Shown here one piece after another: positions 29,543 through 39,763 of a DNA stretch of 64,000 nucleotides. The DNA comes from Candidatus Latescibacterota bacterium (lineage in GTDB: Bacteria > Latescibacterota > CBDEFO01). The stretch is taken from the NCBI GenBank assembly GCA_965248755.1, contig OZ252149.1, positions 3,776,001 to 3,840,000 on the forward strand, in the 5' to 3' direction. Position numbers and translations under genes: made by a program. Within the stretch, counting starts at the first letter, position 1. Each line of letters starts with the position of its first letter. The notes under the pieces are model-generated. The model was not told the origin of the DNA and ran no database searches. It saw only the letters and a list, made by a program, of their open reading frames with translations.

Positions 29543-29571
29543 TTGACAGATGAGGTTTTTTGTCGTACCTT
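29543..29571 (+). promoter_or_regulatory. Putative sigma70 promoter of the polysaccharide operon
   Basis: TTGACA-N17-TACCTT about 48 bp upstream of ATG 29619. Confidence 0.55.
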
Positions 29572-29618
29572 TTCAGGCTTGGGGATTATTACTCACGAAG
29601 AAGGGAATAGGGGATCGT

Positions 29619-30248
29619 ATGTGTAGGTTTGTTATCGGTATATTAGTCTTGGAGACGTTGTTTTTCTTTACCAGCTCATACGCTGAGGAGGAAAAGGGGA
29701 TAAGCGACTACAGGACAGATCTTGAGATGGTCAAGGAAACTCTATGGGGGGCTTCTGTCAGGGGACTTGAAGGGAGTCCCCTTTCAACGGGATTGAGTGT
29801 GAGTCTACACTCACTGAAGGAGGACGAAAGAGATTGGATTCTGATGGATGTTTTGACTGAAGTTCTCCTGGATAGAGGGTGTAATGTTGCGGCGAATATT
29901 ACCGATTCTCTCTCGGTAGGGAATGGAGATTATTCTCTTTATTTTCGGATCGCGTATATAAAGTTGAGCTGCCGTCCCAGGAGTTTTTTAAAGCTCTTCA
30001 AAAAGTCTTTGGAGAGGGATGTACAGGCTGATGTCCTCTTTAGGATTTCGGATAATAGCGACGGAGCCGTTGTGTGGACAAAATGGGTGAAGGGGCGAGA
30101 TAAAGACCTAATTCCGAATAAATACAATAAGCTTCTGGGGGACGAGGAGTCTATAGAGCGATATATGATCGAGAAAGAAGGGAAGTTGGTGGAGGCGTTG
30201 GTAGCTTTGGGGGTTATCTCAAGTATTGTGTTTGTGGCGTTCAGATAG
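29619..30248 (+). CDS. Hypothetical exported protein with C-terminal hydrophobic anchor
   Basis: Signal-like N-terminus from ATG 29619, C-terminal VEALVALGVISSIVFVAFR, first gene of the operon. Confidence 0.6.
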   Translation: MCRFVIGILVLETLFFFTSSYAEEEKGISDYRTDLEMVKETLWGASVRGLEGSPLSTGLSVSLHSLKEDERDWILMDVLTEVLLDRGCNVAANITDSLSVGNGDYSLYFRIAYIKLSCRPRSFLKLFKKSLERDVQADVLFRISDNSDGAVVWTKWVKGRDKDLIPNKYNKLLGDEESIERYMIEKEGKLVEALVALGVISSIVFVAFR

Positions 30249-30265
30249 GGCAGAAGAGGACATAA

Positions 30266-31594
30266 ATGAGAAGGATAGGCGTTATAGGGACCGGTTACGT
30301 GGGTTTGGTTACGGGGGCATGCCTGGTAGATTTCGGGAACTCTGTAGTATGCATGGACACGAATCAGGACAAGATCGAGGGGTTGAAAAGGGGAAGAATA
30401 CCGATATATGAGCCGGGTCTGAAGGAATTGATAGAGAGGAGTACCAAAAGGGGGAGGCTTGCGTTCTCCACAGATATAGCGCTCGGGATAAAGACTTCGG
30501 AGATAATATTTATAGCTGTGTGGACCCCTGCTTTGGAGGGGGGAGATGTGGATATCTCAGATGTGCTGGATGTGGCAGGGAAGATAGCGGAGTATATGGA
30601 AGATTATAAGATTATTGTGAACAAGAGCACAGTGTCTGTCGGGACCGGAGCGAAAGTCGAGAAACTGATAAGGGAAAAGCGAGGGAATGAGGTTAAGTTC
30701 GATGTAGTGTCTAACCCCGAATTTCTACGGGAGGGTTCGGCAATTGAGGATTTCATGCGTCCCAATAGGGTGGTGATAGGGGCGAGGACGGAGAAGGCAA
30801 TGGATATTATGGCCGACGTATATCGTCCACTGTATCTAAACGAGACGCCGATAGTAAGTACGGACGTCGAGACGGCAGAGATGATAAAGTACGCCTCTAA
30901 CGCCTTTCTAGCAGCGAAGATTTCGTTTATCAATGAGATTGCAAATATATGCGAGGGCTACGGTGCAGATGTAAAAATGGTGGCAAAAGCTATGGGGCTG
31001 GACGGCAGAATAGGTCCAAAGTTTCTGCATGCAGGCCCAGGTTTCGGGGGAAATTGCCTGCCGAAGGACGTGAGAGGATTGGCGAGAATAGCCGCCAAGG
31101 TGGGGGTTGAATCGCCATTGATTGATGGAATTATCGAATCCAATCAAGGCCAAAGTAAGTTGATGGTGGGGAAATTAAAGAAGCTTCTATGCGGGAGTTT
31201 CGAAGGAAAGAGAGTAGGTGTGCTCGGACTTTCTTTCAAGCCGAACACCGACGACATAAGAGAGGCCCCGGCTCTTGTTTTGATCGAAGCTCTTTTAAAG
31301 AGAGGAACAAGTGTAAGGGCATTTGATCCTGAGGCTATGGAGAACACTAAGAGGATATTTCCCCAGGTGGAGTACTGCAAGGACCCTTATGAAGCTGCGG
31401 TGGAGTGTGATGCGATTGTCCTGATGACCGAGTGGAACGAATTTAGGGATATTGACTTTGTGAGGTTAAAAAAGACTCTCAGGGCACCGAATTTCTTAGA
31501 TTGCAGGAACGTCTACGATCCGGATGAGATCAGAAAATTAGGATTTAACTATGTGGGCGTTGGAAGAGGATATAATAAAGTAGACAGTAGCTAG
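30266..31594 (+). CDS. ugd: UDP-glucose 6-dehydrogenase
   Basis: GTGYVG, NKSTV, SNPEFLREG, AEMIKYASNAFLA, GFGGNCLPKD, FKPNTDDIRE. Confidence 0.95.
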   Translation: MRRIGVIGTGYVGLVTGACLVDFGNSVVCMDTNQDKIEGLKRGRIPIYEPGLKELIERSTKRGRLAFSTDIALGIKTSEIIFIAVWTPALEGGDVDISDVLDVAGKIAEYMEDYKIIVNKSTVSVGTGAKVEKLIREKRGNEVKFDVVSNPEFLREGSAIEDFMRPNRVVIGARTEKAMDIMADVYRPLYLNETPIVSTDVETAEMIKYASNAFLAAKISFINEIANICEGYGADVKMVAKAMGLDGRIGPKFLHAGPGFGGNCLPKDVRGLARIAAKVGVESPLIDGIIESNQGQSKLMVGKLKKLLCGSFEGKRVGVLGLSFKPNTDDIREAPALVLIEALLKRGTSVRAFDPEAMENTKRIFPQVEYCKDPYEAAVECDAIVLMTEWNEFRDIDFVRLKKTLRAPNFLDCRNVYDPDEIRKLGFNYVGVGRGYNKVDSS

Positions 31595-31654
31595 TAGACA
31601 TTAATCTGGTGGGATGGGAGGCAGTACCCTGTCTACTAATCCTGGGAGGATGAG

Positions 31655-32668
31655 TTGAAAACTGTTCTCGTAACTGGCGGCGCGGGGTTTATTGGCAGCA
31701 ATTTCATAAGGCATGTTCTGGGGAAATATGAAGATTACAGGGTGTTGAATCTGGACAAGCTGACGTATGCGGGGAACCTTGAGAATCTGGAAGATATTGA
31801 GGACGATCCGCGCTATGAGTTCCATCTTGGAGATATTTGCGATCACAAAGTTGTGGACAGTCTGGTGGAAAGGTGCGACTTGGTGGTAAATTTTGCGGCG
31901 GAAAGTCACGTGGATCGCAGTATTGCAAGTCCGGGGGACTTTGTTCTGACGGATGTGTACGGGCCTTATACTCTTTTGGAGGCTGTGAGGAAGTATGATA
32001 TTCAGAGATACCTGCAGGTCTCCACAGATGAGGTGTACGGGTCTGTGGAAGAGGGGGCATCGGTTGAAGATGACGGTCTGGCCCCCAGAAGCCCTTACGC
32101 TGCTACTAAAGCGGGAGGTGAGCTTCTGGTCAGGGCTTATTATGAGACTTATGTAGTCCCTGCTGTGATCACCAGAGGGAGCAATAATATAGGTCCTTAT
32201 CAGTATCCTGAGAAAGCCACACCGCTTTTTATCACGAACGCCATAGACGATAAGCCTCTGCCGATTTACGGGGATGGGAAAGCGTTGAGGGATTACGTCT
32301 ATGTAAAAGATCACTGTGAGGCGATAGATCTGGTGATGCAGGTGGGCAAAGTTGGAGGGGCGTATAACATAGGGGGAGGGAATCAGGTAAATACTGTGGA
32401 GCTGGCCCAGAAGATCCTGGATATTCTGGAAAAGCCGAAAGATCTGATAAAGTTTGTGGAGGATCGTCCGGGACACGACAGGAGGTATTGTCTGGATTCA
32501 TCTGGAATGCTTAAACTCGGATGGAACCCTGAATACACCTTCGATGAAGCCTTGAGGATAACTGTTGAGTGGTACGTGGAGAATCAGAACTGGTGGAGGA
32601 GGATCAAGGAAAAAGAGAATTACAGAATCTATTATGAGGATCACTATAAGGAGCGCTTAGAAGGGTAG
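31655..32668 (+). CDS. rfbB: dTDP-glucose 4,6-dehydratase
   Basis: TGGAGFIGSNF, DKLTYAGN, AAESHVDRSI, STDEVYG, YAATK, DRPGHDRRY. TTG start after GGAGG. Confidence 0.95.
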   Translation: MKTVLVTGGAGFIGSNFIRHVLGKYEDYRVLNLDKLTYAGNLENLEDIEDDPRYEFHLGDICDHKVVDSLVERCDLVVNFAAESHVDRSIASPGDFVLTDVYGPYTLLEAVRKYDIQRYLQVSTDEVYGSVEEGASVEDDGLAPRSPYAATKAGGELLVRAYYETYVVPAVITRGSNNIGPYQYPEKATPLFITNAIDDKPLPIYGDGKALRDYVYVKDHCEAIDLVMQVGKVGGAYNIGGGNQVNTVELAQKILDILEKPKDLIKFVEDRPGHDRRYCLDSSGMLKLGWNPEYTFDEALRITVEWYVENQNWWRRIKEKENYRIYYEDHYKERLEG

Positions 32669-32669
32669 G

Positions 32670-33674
32670 ATGATACGAATAGGGCAAATAGGTGTGGGCT
32701 ATTGGGGTAAGAATCTGTTGAGGAACTTTTGGGGGGTCGCCGATTGCAACGTGGTGTGTTGCTGTGACTTGAACCTTTCTGTGCTAGAGAGCGTAAAGGA
32801 GAACTATCCTGGCGTAAGAACCACTCAGGATCCCCAGTCGGTGATCGGTGATGAGAGCGTGGACGCTGTTGTGATAGCGACTCCGTCTCCCACGCACTAT
32901 GAGCTTGCCAGGGGAGCATTGTATGCCGGCAAGGATGTATTTGTAGAGAAGCCGTTTGTTCTGGACGTAAGGGAAGGTGAGGAGCTGGTGGGGATCGCAA
33001 AGCAGAAGGGTAAGGTGTTGATGGTGGGGCATCTTATGGAGTATCACCCGTCCCTTTTGAGGTTGAAGGAATATGTCCAGAATAATGAATTAGGAGATGT
33101 GCACTATATATATTCGGCGCGTGTGAATTTGGGCAGAGTCAGAAGGGAGGAAAACGCGCTGTGGAGCTTTGCCCCTCACGATATCTCTATGGTCACCTTT
33201 CTTTTGGAGGATGAACCTATTTTGGTGAGTGCTGTGGGACAGGAGTACCTGCAAGATGGCGTGGAAGACGTAGTTTTTATGACCATGCACTTTAAAGATA
33301 GGGTTATGGCTCACATTCATGTGAGCTGGCTCGATCCTCACAGAATAAGGAAGTTGACGATTGTGGGGAGCAAGAAGATGGCTGTGTTTGACGACACGAA
33401 CGCCTCGGAGACGATCAGGATTTACGACAGGGGAGTAGATCAGAATCTTGAGTACGAAAGCTACGGAGAGGCCTTGAGCATAAGGGTAGGGGATATTGTT
33501 ATTCCGAGTGTGAAGGTCTCCGAGCCCTTAGGGGAGGAGTGCAGGCATTTCATAGATTGCGTTAAAGAGAGGAGGACCCCAAGAAGCGATGGGATAGACG
33601 GATTGCGGGTGGTAAGGATCCTCAATGCGGCACAAAGGTCTATGAGCGGAAAGGGAGTCCCTGTTCCTTTATGA
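32670..33674 (+). CDS. Gfo/Idh/MocA oxidoreductase (putative nucleotide-sugar dehydrogenase)
   Basis: GVGYWG, VFVEKP, MVGHL, WSFAPHD motifs; polysaccharide-locus context. Confidence 0.88.
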   Translation: MIRIGQIGVGYWGKNLLRNFWGVADCNVVCCCDLNLSVLESVKENYPGVRTTQDPQSVIGDESVDAVVIATPSPTHYELARGALYAGKDVFVEKPFVLDVREGEELVGIAKQKGKVLMVGHLMEYHPSLLRLKEYVQNNELGDVHYIYSARVNLGRVRREENALWSFAPHDISMVTFLLEDEPILVSAVGQEYLQDGVEDVVFMTMHFKDRVMAHIHVSWLDPHRIRKLTIVGSKKMAVFDDTNASETIRIYDRGVDQNLEYESYGEALSIRVGDIVIPSVKVSEPLGEECRHFIDCVKERRTPRSDGIDGLRVVRILNAAQRSMSGKGVPVPL

Positions 33675-35380
33675 TAGGCTGGACTATCTTCTGCGCTTTC
33701 TTGTTCTGGTCAGGGCCTCTGTGGGGATTTTCAAAAGATGCCTCTTCCAATGTTCCTCTGGATCACTGGTCTTACGACTTTATAGATCGGTTTGAGGCAA
33801 AGGGAGTCTTGAAGAATGTAGGAAACGGCATAAAGCCCTTTTCAAGGACGGAGATGGCAGAGGCCCTGGCCAGGATCGTAAGATGGGGCAATGAGGGTGG
33901 AGAATTGAGTCGGGTTGAAAGGGGGGAGTTGGGTGAGTTAAAGCGTGAGTTCAGGGAGGAGCTACAGGCCCTGGGAGTGGAGTCAGGCTACATTGCGGGA
34001 AAGAACTTCCTTGCCAGGTTTGTAAATGGAGAGAATCTCTTTTTCTGGGAGCAGGGGAGGAGCAATCTCTACTTTGATCTGCTGTTCAGGCAGAGGGGGA
34101 TCTTCAATTCAGGGGATTCGAATCGAAACACGGAGAGAATCTATCAGACGACTTCGGGTTTTGAGATAAGAGGGAATTTAGGGGGAACATTAGGGTTCAG
34201 GACAAGAATAAGAGATACGAGAGAGCAGGGGACAAGGAGATATTTTACCAGAGATGATGTCTTTGCAAGGCGACTTGAGTTTGTAACTTTAAGGGACGAT
34301 TTTGCGGATTTTAGGGAGGCAGATGCATATTTTGTATTTTCTCTACCCTGGTTTGATGTGGAGATCGGGAAGGACTCTGCAATTTGGGGGCCGGGGTTCA
34401 GGGAGAATTTAGCCCTGTCTGACAACGTCCCTTCGTTTGATATGGTAAGGTTAAGGGCGCAGTACGGCAGGTTCAAGCTCGTAAGCATCGCGGGATTTTT
34501 GAGGTCGAACGATCCTGATAGCACAAGGTCGTATGTGGTCGGAGGGTTTAACAGAGATATAGACAAGAGGAAGTACCTGGCTGCTCACAGAATAGAAATT
34601 GCCGTTTATCCCGGTGTAGATGTCGGCTTTCACGAGGTTGTGATATATGGCGACAGGGGGCTGGAACCGACGTACCTGAACCCCTTTATGCTCTACTGGG
34701 TGGCCGAGACCTACCTGGGGGATAAGGACAATACGACTCTGGGATTGGATGTGGACGTCAATTTAATAAGGGGTGTCAAGTTCTACGGGGCACTGTTTAT
34801 AGACGATCTTAAGAAGTTTAAGCTCGGAAAGGGCGCAATCGCCAATAAACTTGCCCTTCAGGGCGGTCTCTTCTGGAACGACCCTTTCGGGCTTCGGGAT
34901 ACAGATTTAAGGTTTGAGTACGCCAGACTGGAACCGTGGGTGTACACCCATAAGTTCCCTATAAATACGTTTATGCATTTTGGTTCGATCTTGGGGCATC
35001 AGCTGGGACCTAATGGAGATGACGTCTTTTTTAGGGCTGAACATAGATTCAGTAAGGATGTCTCTTTAGCGGTTTTGCTCCAAAGAGAAAGACAAGGGGA
35101 AAACGTAATTTCTGATGATGGAAAGGTGATAAGGAATGTGGGAGGTGATGTTGAAGTCGGGATCAAAAGGACGGACAATGTCTCTACAAAGAGGTTCCTT
35201 GACGGTGTGGTGGAAAAGAGAACGAGACTGGGATTTGAAGGGTCGTATGAGGTCATAAGGGATCTTTACCTTTTTTCGAGCTACAGAAGAACATTTTCCG
35301 ATAACGTAAAGGTGGAAAATGCCCGGACTGATCCTGTGGACAACGAGATTATTCTCTCGATCAGATATAACTATTTTTGA
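33671..35380 (+). CDS. wzi: Capsule assembly Wzi-family outer-membrane protein
   Basis: VPLDHWSYDFIDRF, WGPGFRENLALSDN, LGHQLGPN, C-terminal YNYF; directly upstream of the wza-like gene. Confidence 0.75.
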   Translation: MIGWTIFCAFLFWSGPLWGFSKDASSNVPLDHWSYDFIDRFEAKGVLKNVGNGIKPFSRTEMAEALARIVRWGNEGGELSRVERGELGELKREFREELQALGVESGYIAGKNFLARFVNGENLFFWEQGRSNLYFDLLFRQRGIFNSGDSNRNTERIYQTTSGFEIRGNLGGTLGFRTRIRDTREQGTRRYFTRDDVFARRLEFVTLRDDFADFREADAYFVFSLPWFDVEIGKDSAIWGPGFRENLALSDNVPSFDMVRLRAQYGRFKLVSIAGFLRSNDPDSTRSYVVGGFNRDIDKRKYLAAHRIEIAVYPGVDVGFHEVVIYGDRGLEPTYLNPFMLYWVAETYLGDKDNTTLGLDVDVNLIRGVKFYGALFIDDLKKFKLGKGAIANKLALQGGLFWNDPFGLRDTDLRFEYARLEPWVYTHKFPINTFMHFGSILGHQLGPNGDDVFFRAEHRFSKDVSLAVLLQRERQGENVISDDGKVIRNVGGDVEVGIKRTDNVSTKRFLDGVVEKRTRLGFEGSYEVIRDLYLFSSYRRTFSDNVKVENARTDPVDNEIILSIRYNYF

Positions 35381-35456
35381 GCTTTAAAAATGCGATAGTA
35401 ATCTGTCAATCTTTAGGGAGTTATCCTGTTAATTGTTAAACTAAGGAGCTGAGGTT

Positions 35457-37172
35457 ATGTTTAGGTTTAGGTTTAGAATTGTCATTATCCTAGCTATTAT
35501 CTTATCCCACCTCCCACCTGCGTTTTCACAAACCCTGAAGGGTTTGGTCAGTGAGTCGCAAGAGAGGGAAAGAAGGATGATCCCTTCTATGCCGGAGGCG
35601 ACACTGCCGGAGGTCGAACAGGAGGAGGAGGGGCCTCTTCTGCCGTTAGGCCGTCCGACGGAGTTTCAGAAGGCGCTCGACAGGAGGATAGACCCCAATG
35701 AATATATCGTGGGGCCTGACGATAAGTTCACGATCTATCTCTGGGGAGAGTTGGATCACGAACTGAAGCTTGTAGTGACCCCTGAGGGGATGCTCTTGAT
35801 ACCGACGGTGGGCGAGGTGGACGTGTCGGACAGGAGCTTGGCAAAGGCCAGAGACTTGATCATAAATGCGGTCAAAGCCCGATACGAAAGGGACGTAGAT
35901 GTATCTGTGGCTCTGACCGATCTTCGGTCTTTCAAAGTAGCCGTCAAGGGTTACGTCAGGAGGCCCGGTCCAGTCGTAGGCTACGCTATGGACAGGGTCT
36001 CAGACGTTATAGAAGCGTCGGGAGGGCTAATTGACGCGAGACCGTTCCCTTCGCCTGTAATTGAACCCGTTGCCGAAGCGCGCTCGTCGACGAGGAATAT
36101 AAAGGTCTACAGGCTCGACGGAACTGTCGTCAATGTGGATCTGGATATGTACTACCGAACGCATAGGATGGAGACAAATCCTTACGTCCGCATGGGAGAT
36201 GTAATCCACGTGCCTGTGGGGAAGAGTTACATGGACGTATTCGGGGCGGTGAACATCCCCGGCAAGTATGAACTGACGGGAGATGACAGCATCGAAAGTA
36301 TCATAGAACTGGCCGGGGGACTCCAGACAAATGCGTATTTAGACAGCGTGGAGATCGCCCGATTTGAGGAGGACGGCATCGGGGTACAGCATATATGGAT
36401 CGATCTGAACGAGCATCTGTCAGCGATGGGTGGGACGAGGAATTTCGATCTTATGCCTGACGACCGAGTACTCCTGCGTCGTATCCCAGACTGGAGGAAG
36501 AAAAGGTGGGTGAGAGTCAGGGATGAGGTGATGATGCCAGGGATCTACGTGATAGGTAAAAAGGGCGTAATGTTGACTGATCTTATAAGGCAAACGGGTG
36601 GATTTACGGAGGAGGCCTCGCTGGTCGATGCTGTAGTCTTTAGAGGTGAACTTTCACTGATAAGGGACGCCGAATATGAGCGGCTCAAGGAGATTCCCGT
36701 GGCGGATATGGATGAGGACGAGAGGAGGTATTTCGCGACGAAATCAAGGGAACGGCCGGGAAGGATGCTCGTTGATTTTCGTAAGTTATTCATAGAGGGC
36801 GACTTGTCTGAGGATCTGCTCCTGCTCTCGGAAGATGAAGTAAGGATTCCGAATAAGAGGGAAACTGTAGGCGTGAGTGGACGCGTCAAGACCCCCGGTC
36901 TAGTGGAGTTCGTCCCGGAAGCGGATGCGTATTACTATCTGTCTCAGGCAGGAGGGCTGACGTGGAACGCGGATAAGGGTCGGATGAAGGTGATCAAGTC
37001 CGAGGACGGACTTCTGCTTAAGCCCGAAGAAGTTGACGAGATACACCCGGGGGATACGGTCTGGATCCCCTCCAAAAGGGAGGTGGATTTCTGGGGTTTC
37101 TTCAAGAGTAGTATGTCAGTTCTGGCACAGGCAGCGACACTCGTTATTGTGGTAGATAGTGTCACTAAGTGA
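35457..37172 (+). CDS. wza: Polysaccharide export protein, Wza/KpsD-like with multiple SLBB domains
   Basis: YIVGPDD...VTPEG...PTVG Poly_export motif; repeated V.G.V..PG...AGG SLBB motifs. Confidence 0.88.
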   Translation: MFRFRFRIVIILAIILSHLPPAFSQTLKGLVSESQERERRMIPSMPEATLPEVEQEEEGPLLPLGRPTEFQKALDRRIDPNEYIVGPDDKFTIYLWGELDHELKLVVTPEGMLLIPTVGEVDVSDRSLAKARDLIINAVKARYERDVDVSVALTDLRSFKVAVKGYVRRPGPVVGYAMDRVSDVIEASGGLIDARPFPSPVIEPVAEARSSTRNIKVYRLDGTVVNVDLDMYYRTHRMETNPYVRMGDVIHVPVGKSYMDVFGAVNIPGKYELTGDDSIESIIELAGGLQTNAYLDSVEIARFEEDGIGVQHIWIDLNEHLSAMGGTRNFDLMPDDRVLLRRIPDWRKKRWVRVRDEVMMPGIYVIGKKGVMLTDLIRQTGGFTEEASLVDAVVFRGELSLIRDAEYERLKEIPVADMDEDERRYFATKSRERPGRMLVDFRKLFIEGDLSEDLLLLSEDEVRIPNKRETVGVSGRVKTPGLVEFVPEADAYYYLSQAGGLTWNADKGRMKVIKSEDGLLLKPEEVDEIHPGDTVWIPSKREVDFWGFFKSSMSVLAQAATLVIVVDSVTK

Positions 37173-37186
37173 GAGGAGGAGTGGAC

Positions 37187-38434
37187 ATGAGTAAAAAGGA
37201 GATGAACGTCCTGGATATATTCTACATCTTGGTAAAAAGATGGAAGGCTATATTTGGTATTGTGTCCTCGGTATTTGTTGTCTCGGCTGTAGTGAGTCTT
37301 CTGCTGCCCGAATGGTACAGGGCGACGGCGACGGTTCTGCCGCCCAAACGGCAAAGTCGAACTTACGGCTTCAGTGAGCTTATATCACAGCTTCCGGTTC
37401 CGTCCTTAAGATTGGGCGAAAGGGGAAGTCCTGCGGATATTTTCGTCGGCATCCTAAAGGGCGACGAGGTGGCAAATAAGATAATTGACAGGTTTAATCT
37501 AATGGAAGCCTACGAGCAGGAATACAGAGACAAGACACTGGAGATCTTGAGGGGCAACATCGAAGTAAGAAAAACGGATGATGGGTTGATCGCGGTAAGT
37601 GTACTGGATACATCACCTGTAACGGCCGCTAACATGGCAAACGCTTTTGTGCATTTCTTGGACAAGAAGAACCAGGAATTGTCCATACGGATGGCGTCCG
37701 AAAGAAAGGAGTTCATTGAGAGACAGATGGTCATACACACTCCCAAATTAGAGGCATCGCAGGTGGCCTTAAAGGAGTTTCAGGAGAAGCACAATGCTAT
37801 ATCTGTGCCCGATCAGGCCGAGGCCGCGATCCAGGTAGCGTCCAGGATACAGGCTGAGTTGATGGAGCTGGAACTGAAGTTGTGGACGTTCAAAAGCTCG
37901 ATGAACTTCGATCACCCTGAGGTCAGAAAAATCGAAAATAGTATAGGGTTTAGAAAGAGGCAGTTGAACCAGATGAAATTCGGAAGAAGGCCCCGGGGTT
38001 CCGATGGACAGTTTGAAGAGATAGGCTTGGGAGACTTCAGTGAGAACCTATTTCTGCCACTGGCGGATATTCCGGGTGTATCTTTGGAGTATTCCCAGTT
38101 AGGAAAGGATCTGATAATACAATCGGCTGTGGGTGAGTTTCTGCTTGAGGAGTTTGCAAGGGCAAGTATAGAGGAGACCAACACAACTCCCACGGTTCAG
38201 TTCTCGGACTATGCCGTTCCTCCGGATATAAAGGCCAAGCCCAAAAGAGCTGTAATAGTCTTGCTCTCTACGATTTTCAGTTGCGTCTTTATGATCATGG
38301 GTGTTCTCCTTATCGAGTACTTTAATGTCATAAGGGAGGCTGAGGACGAGGATTCTAAAAAGCTGGAAAAGATTTTGACCGAGTTAAAACGACTGAAACC
38401 GTGGGGAGAAGCGGAAGATAAGCAGGAGGCATAA
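37187..38434 (+). CDS. Polysaccharide co-polymerase (Wzz/Wzc N-terminal, GNVR) without kinase domain
   Basis: Two TM segments, YRATATVLPP, coiled coil with HPEV, AVPPDIKAKPKR; no Walker A motif. Confidence 0.85.
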   Translation: MSKKEMNVLDIFYILVKRWKAIFGIVSSVFVVSAVVSLLLPEWYRATATVLPPKRQSRTYGFSELISQLPVPSLRLGERGSPADIFVGILKGDEVANKIIDRFNLMEAYEQEYRDKTLEILRGNIEVRKTDDGLIAVSVLDTSPVTAANMANAFVHFLDKKNQELSIRMASERKEFIERQMVIHTPKLEASQVALKEFQEKHNAISVPDQAEAAIQVASRIQAELMELELKLWTFKSSMNFDHPEVRKIENSIGFRKRQLNQMKFGRRPRGSDGQFEEIGLGDFSENLFLPLADIPGVSLEYSQLGKDLIIQSAVGEFLLEEFARASIEETNTTPTVQFSDYAVPPDIKAKPKRAVIVLLSTIFSCVFMIMGVLLIEYFNVIREAEDEDSKKLEKILTELKRLKPWGEAEDKQEA

Positions 38435-38436
38435 AG

Positions 38437-39741
38437 TTGGGGAAAGCCGAGGAAATGTCATTTTCAAAGAGCTTTTCTCTGAGATTGGCTCGCGATGTGG
38501 GGGTGATAGTGATGGCGTTAGGGAACCACGTAATGCTGACGCGATTTTTAGGGGCTGAGGGCAGGGGCCAGTACGCTATACTGTCCACGACCGCTATTTT
38601 GCTTACTCTGTTTTTCGGCCAGATGATCTCGAGATCAAATTCGTATCTTGTCGGGAAAGATAGAAGTAGGGCTGGTGATCTATTTGCAAATAGCATGTTG
38701 TACAGTTTGGGAGTGGGACTTTTTCTAACTTTATGTTTTTTCCTACTGGTGAGTGGCTTTAGGGATCTGAGCATTGGGGGTCTTTTCGGCCTGGCGGTAG
38801 GTGTGGCTGCGGTGACTGTGCTGCTGCACGCGATATATTCTCTTTTCTTGGGCATGGACAGAATGATTGAGTTTAATACTGTTCCGCTGGTCGCGGCCTT
38901 TCTATATCTTTGTGGAAATGTATTCGTGCTGTGGGGATTGAAATTAGGGCTTAAATGGGTTATGTTGAACTGGTTGATAGCGTCGCTTTTTGCGTTTATT
39001 TTGGGATTTTGGTTATTGTTCAGATTAATCGGTATAACGAGGAGATTCTCTGGCGGGCTTTTCAGAGAGTCGCTGAAGGTAGGATCGAAGGGGACGGTTG
39101 TGAACGTATTGGTGGCTCTATTGTTCAGAGTGGACATCTTTCTTGTGGACTATTTCTTGGGACACGCCTCTGCGGGGGTCTATTCGATTGCGATAGTGTT
39201 CGCTGAGATGTTGATGAAGGTACCGAACGTGGCTGCGAATGTGTTATTCCCCAAGGTTTCCGCCGATAGTGTTGAGGGGGGGGATAGACTAACAGCTAAG
39301 GTGAACAGGCTGGTAATTTTGCTGACGGTGTGTATGGGTCTTTTAATGGTTCTTATAGGATGGTGGATTATACCCGCTATATTTGGAGTGGACTTTGAGG
39401 GAGCTTACATTCCGCTGGTGTTTATGATGCCGGGGATTTTAGCTGCGGCTTCGGGATCTATTATAGGGACGAACCTGTGGACCAAGGGGTATCCGAATGT
39501 TACGATGATAGCCGCAGGCTCTGGTTTGGCACTGAATGTGATTCTAAATTTAATACTGATTCCGAGATTCGGGCTCGTGGGAGCGGGTCTTGCGACCTCT
39601 GCGGCCTACATTCTGTGGTCGGGATCGATTTTCAGATATTTCGTACAGAACACTTCGGTTTCGTCCGGAAGCTTGATTTTCCCCAGGATGGAGGACTTCG
39701 CCTTTATGAGATTGAGTATCAAAAGGCATAGTGTAGCGTAG
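38437..39741 (+). CDS. wzx: Oligosaccharide flippase (Wzx/MOP family)
   Basis: LTRFLGAEGRGQY, RVDIFLV...GVYSIA, LNLILIPRFGLVGA; many TM segments. Confidence 0.9.
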   Translation: MGKAEEMSFSKSFSLRLARDVGVIVMALGNHVMLTRFLGAEGRGQYAILSTTAILLTLFFGQMISRSNSYLVGKDRSRAGDLFANSMLYSLGVGLFLTLCFFLLVSGFRDLSIGGLFGLAVGVAAVTVLLHAIYSLFLGMDRMIEFNTVPLVAAFLYLCGNVFVLWGLKLGLKWVMLNWLIASLFAFILGFWLLFRLIGITRRFSGGLFRESLKVGSKGTVVNVLVALLFRVDIFLVDYFLGHASAGVYSIAIVFAEMLMKVPNVAANVLFPKVSADSVEGGDRLTAKVNRLVILLTVCMGLLMVLIGWWIIPAIFGVDFEGAYIPLVFMMPGILAAASGSIIGTNLWTKGYPNVTMIAAGSGLALNVILNLILIPRFGLVGAGLATSAAYILWSGSIFRYFVQNTSVSSGSLIFPRMEDFAFMRLSIKRHSVA

Positions 39742-39763
39742 CGCCCTCAAAAACGGAGGTCTT

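Noticed and set aside
31601..32476. 291-aa minus-strand ORF
   Set aside because: Antisense shadow of rfbB.
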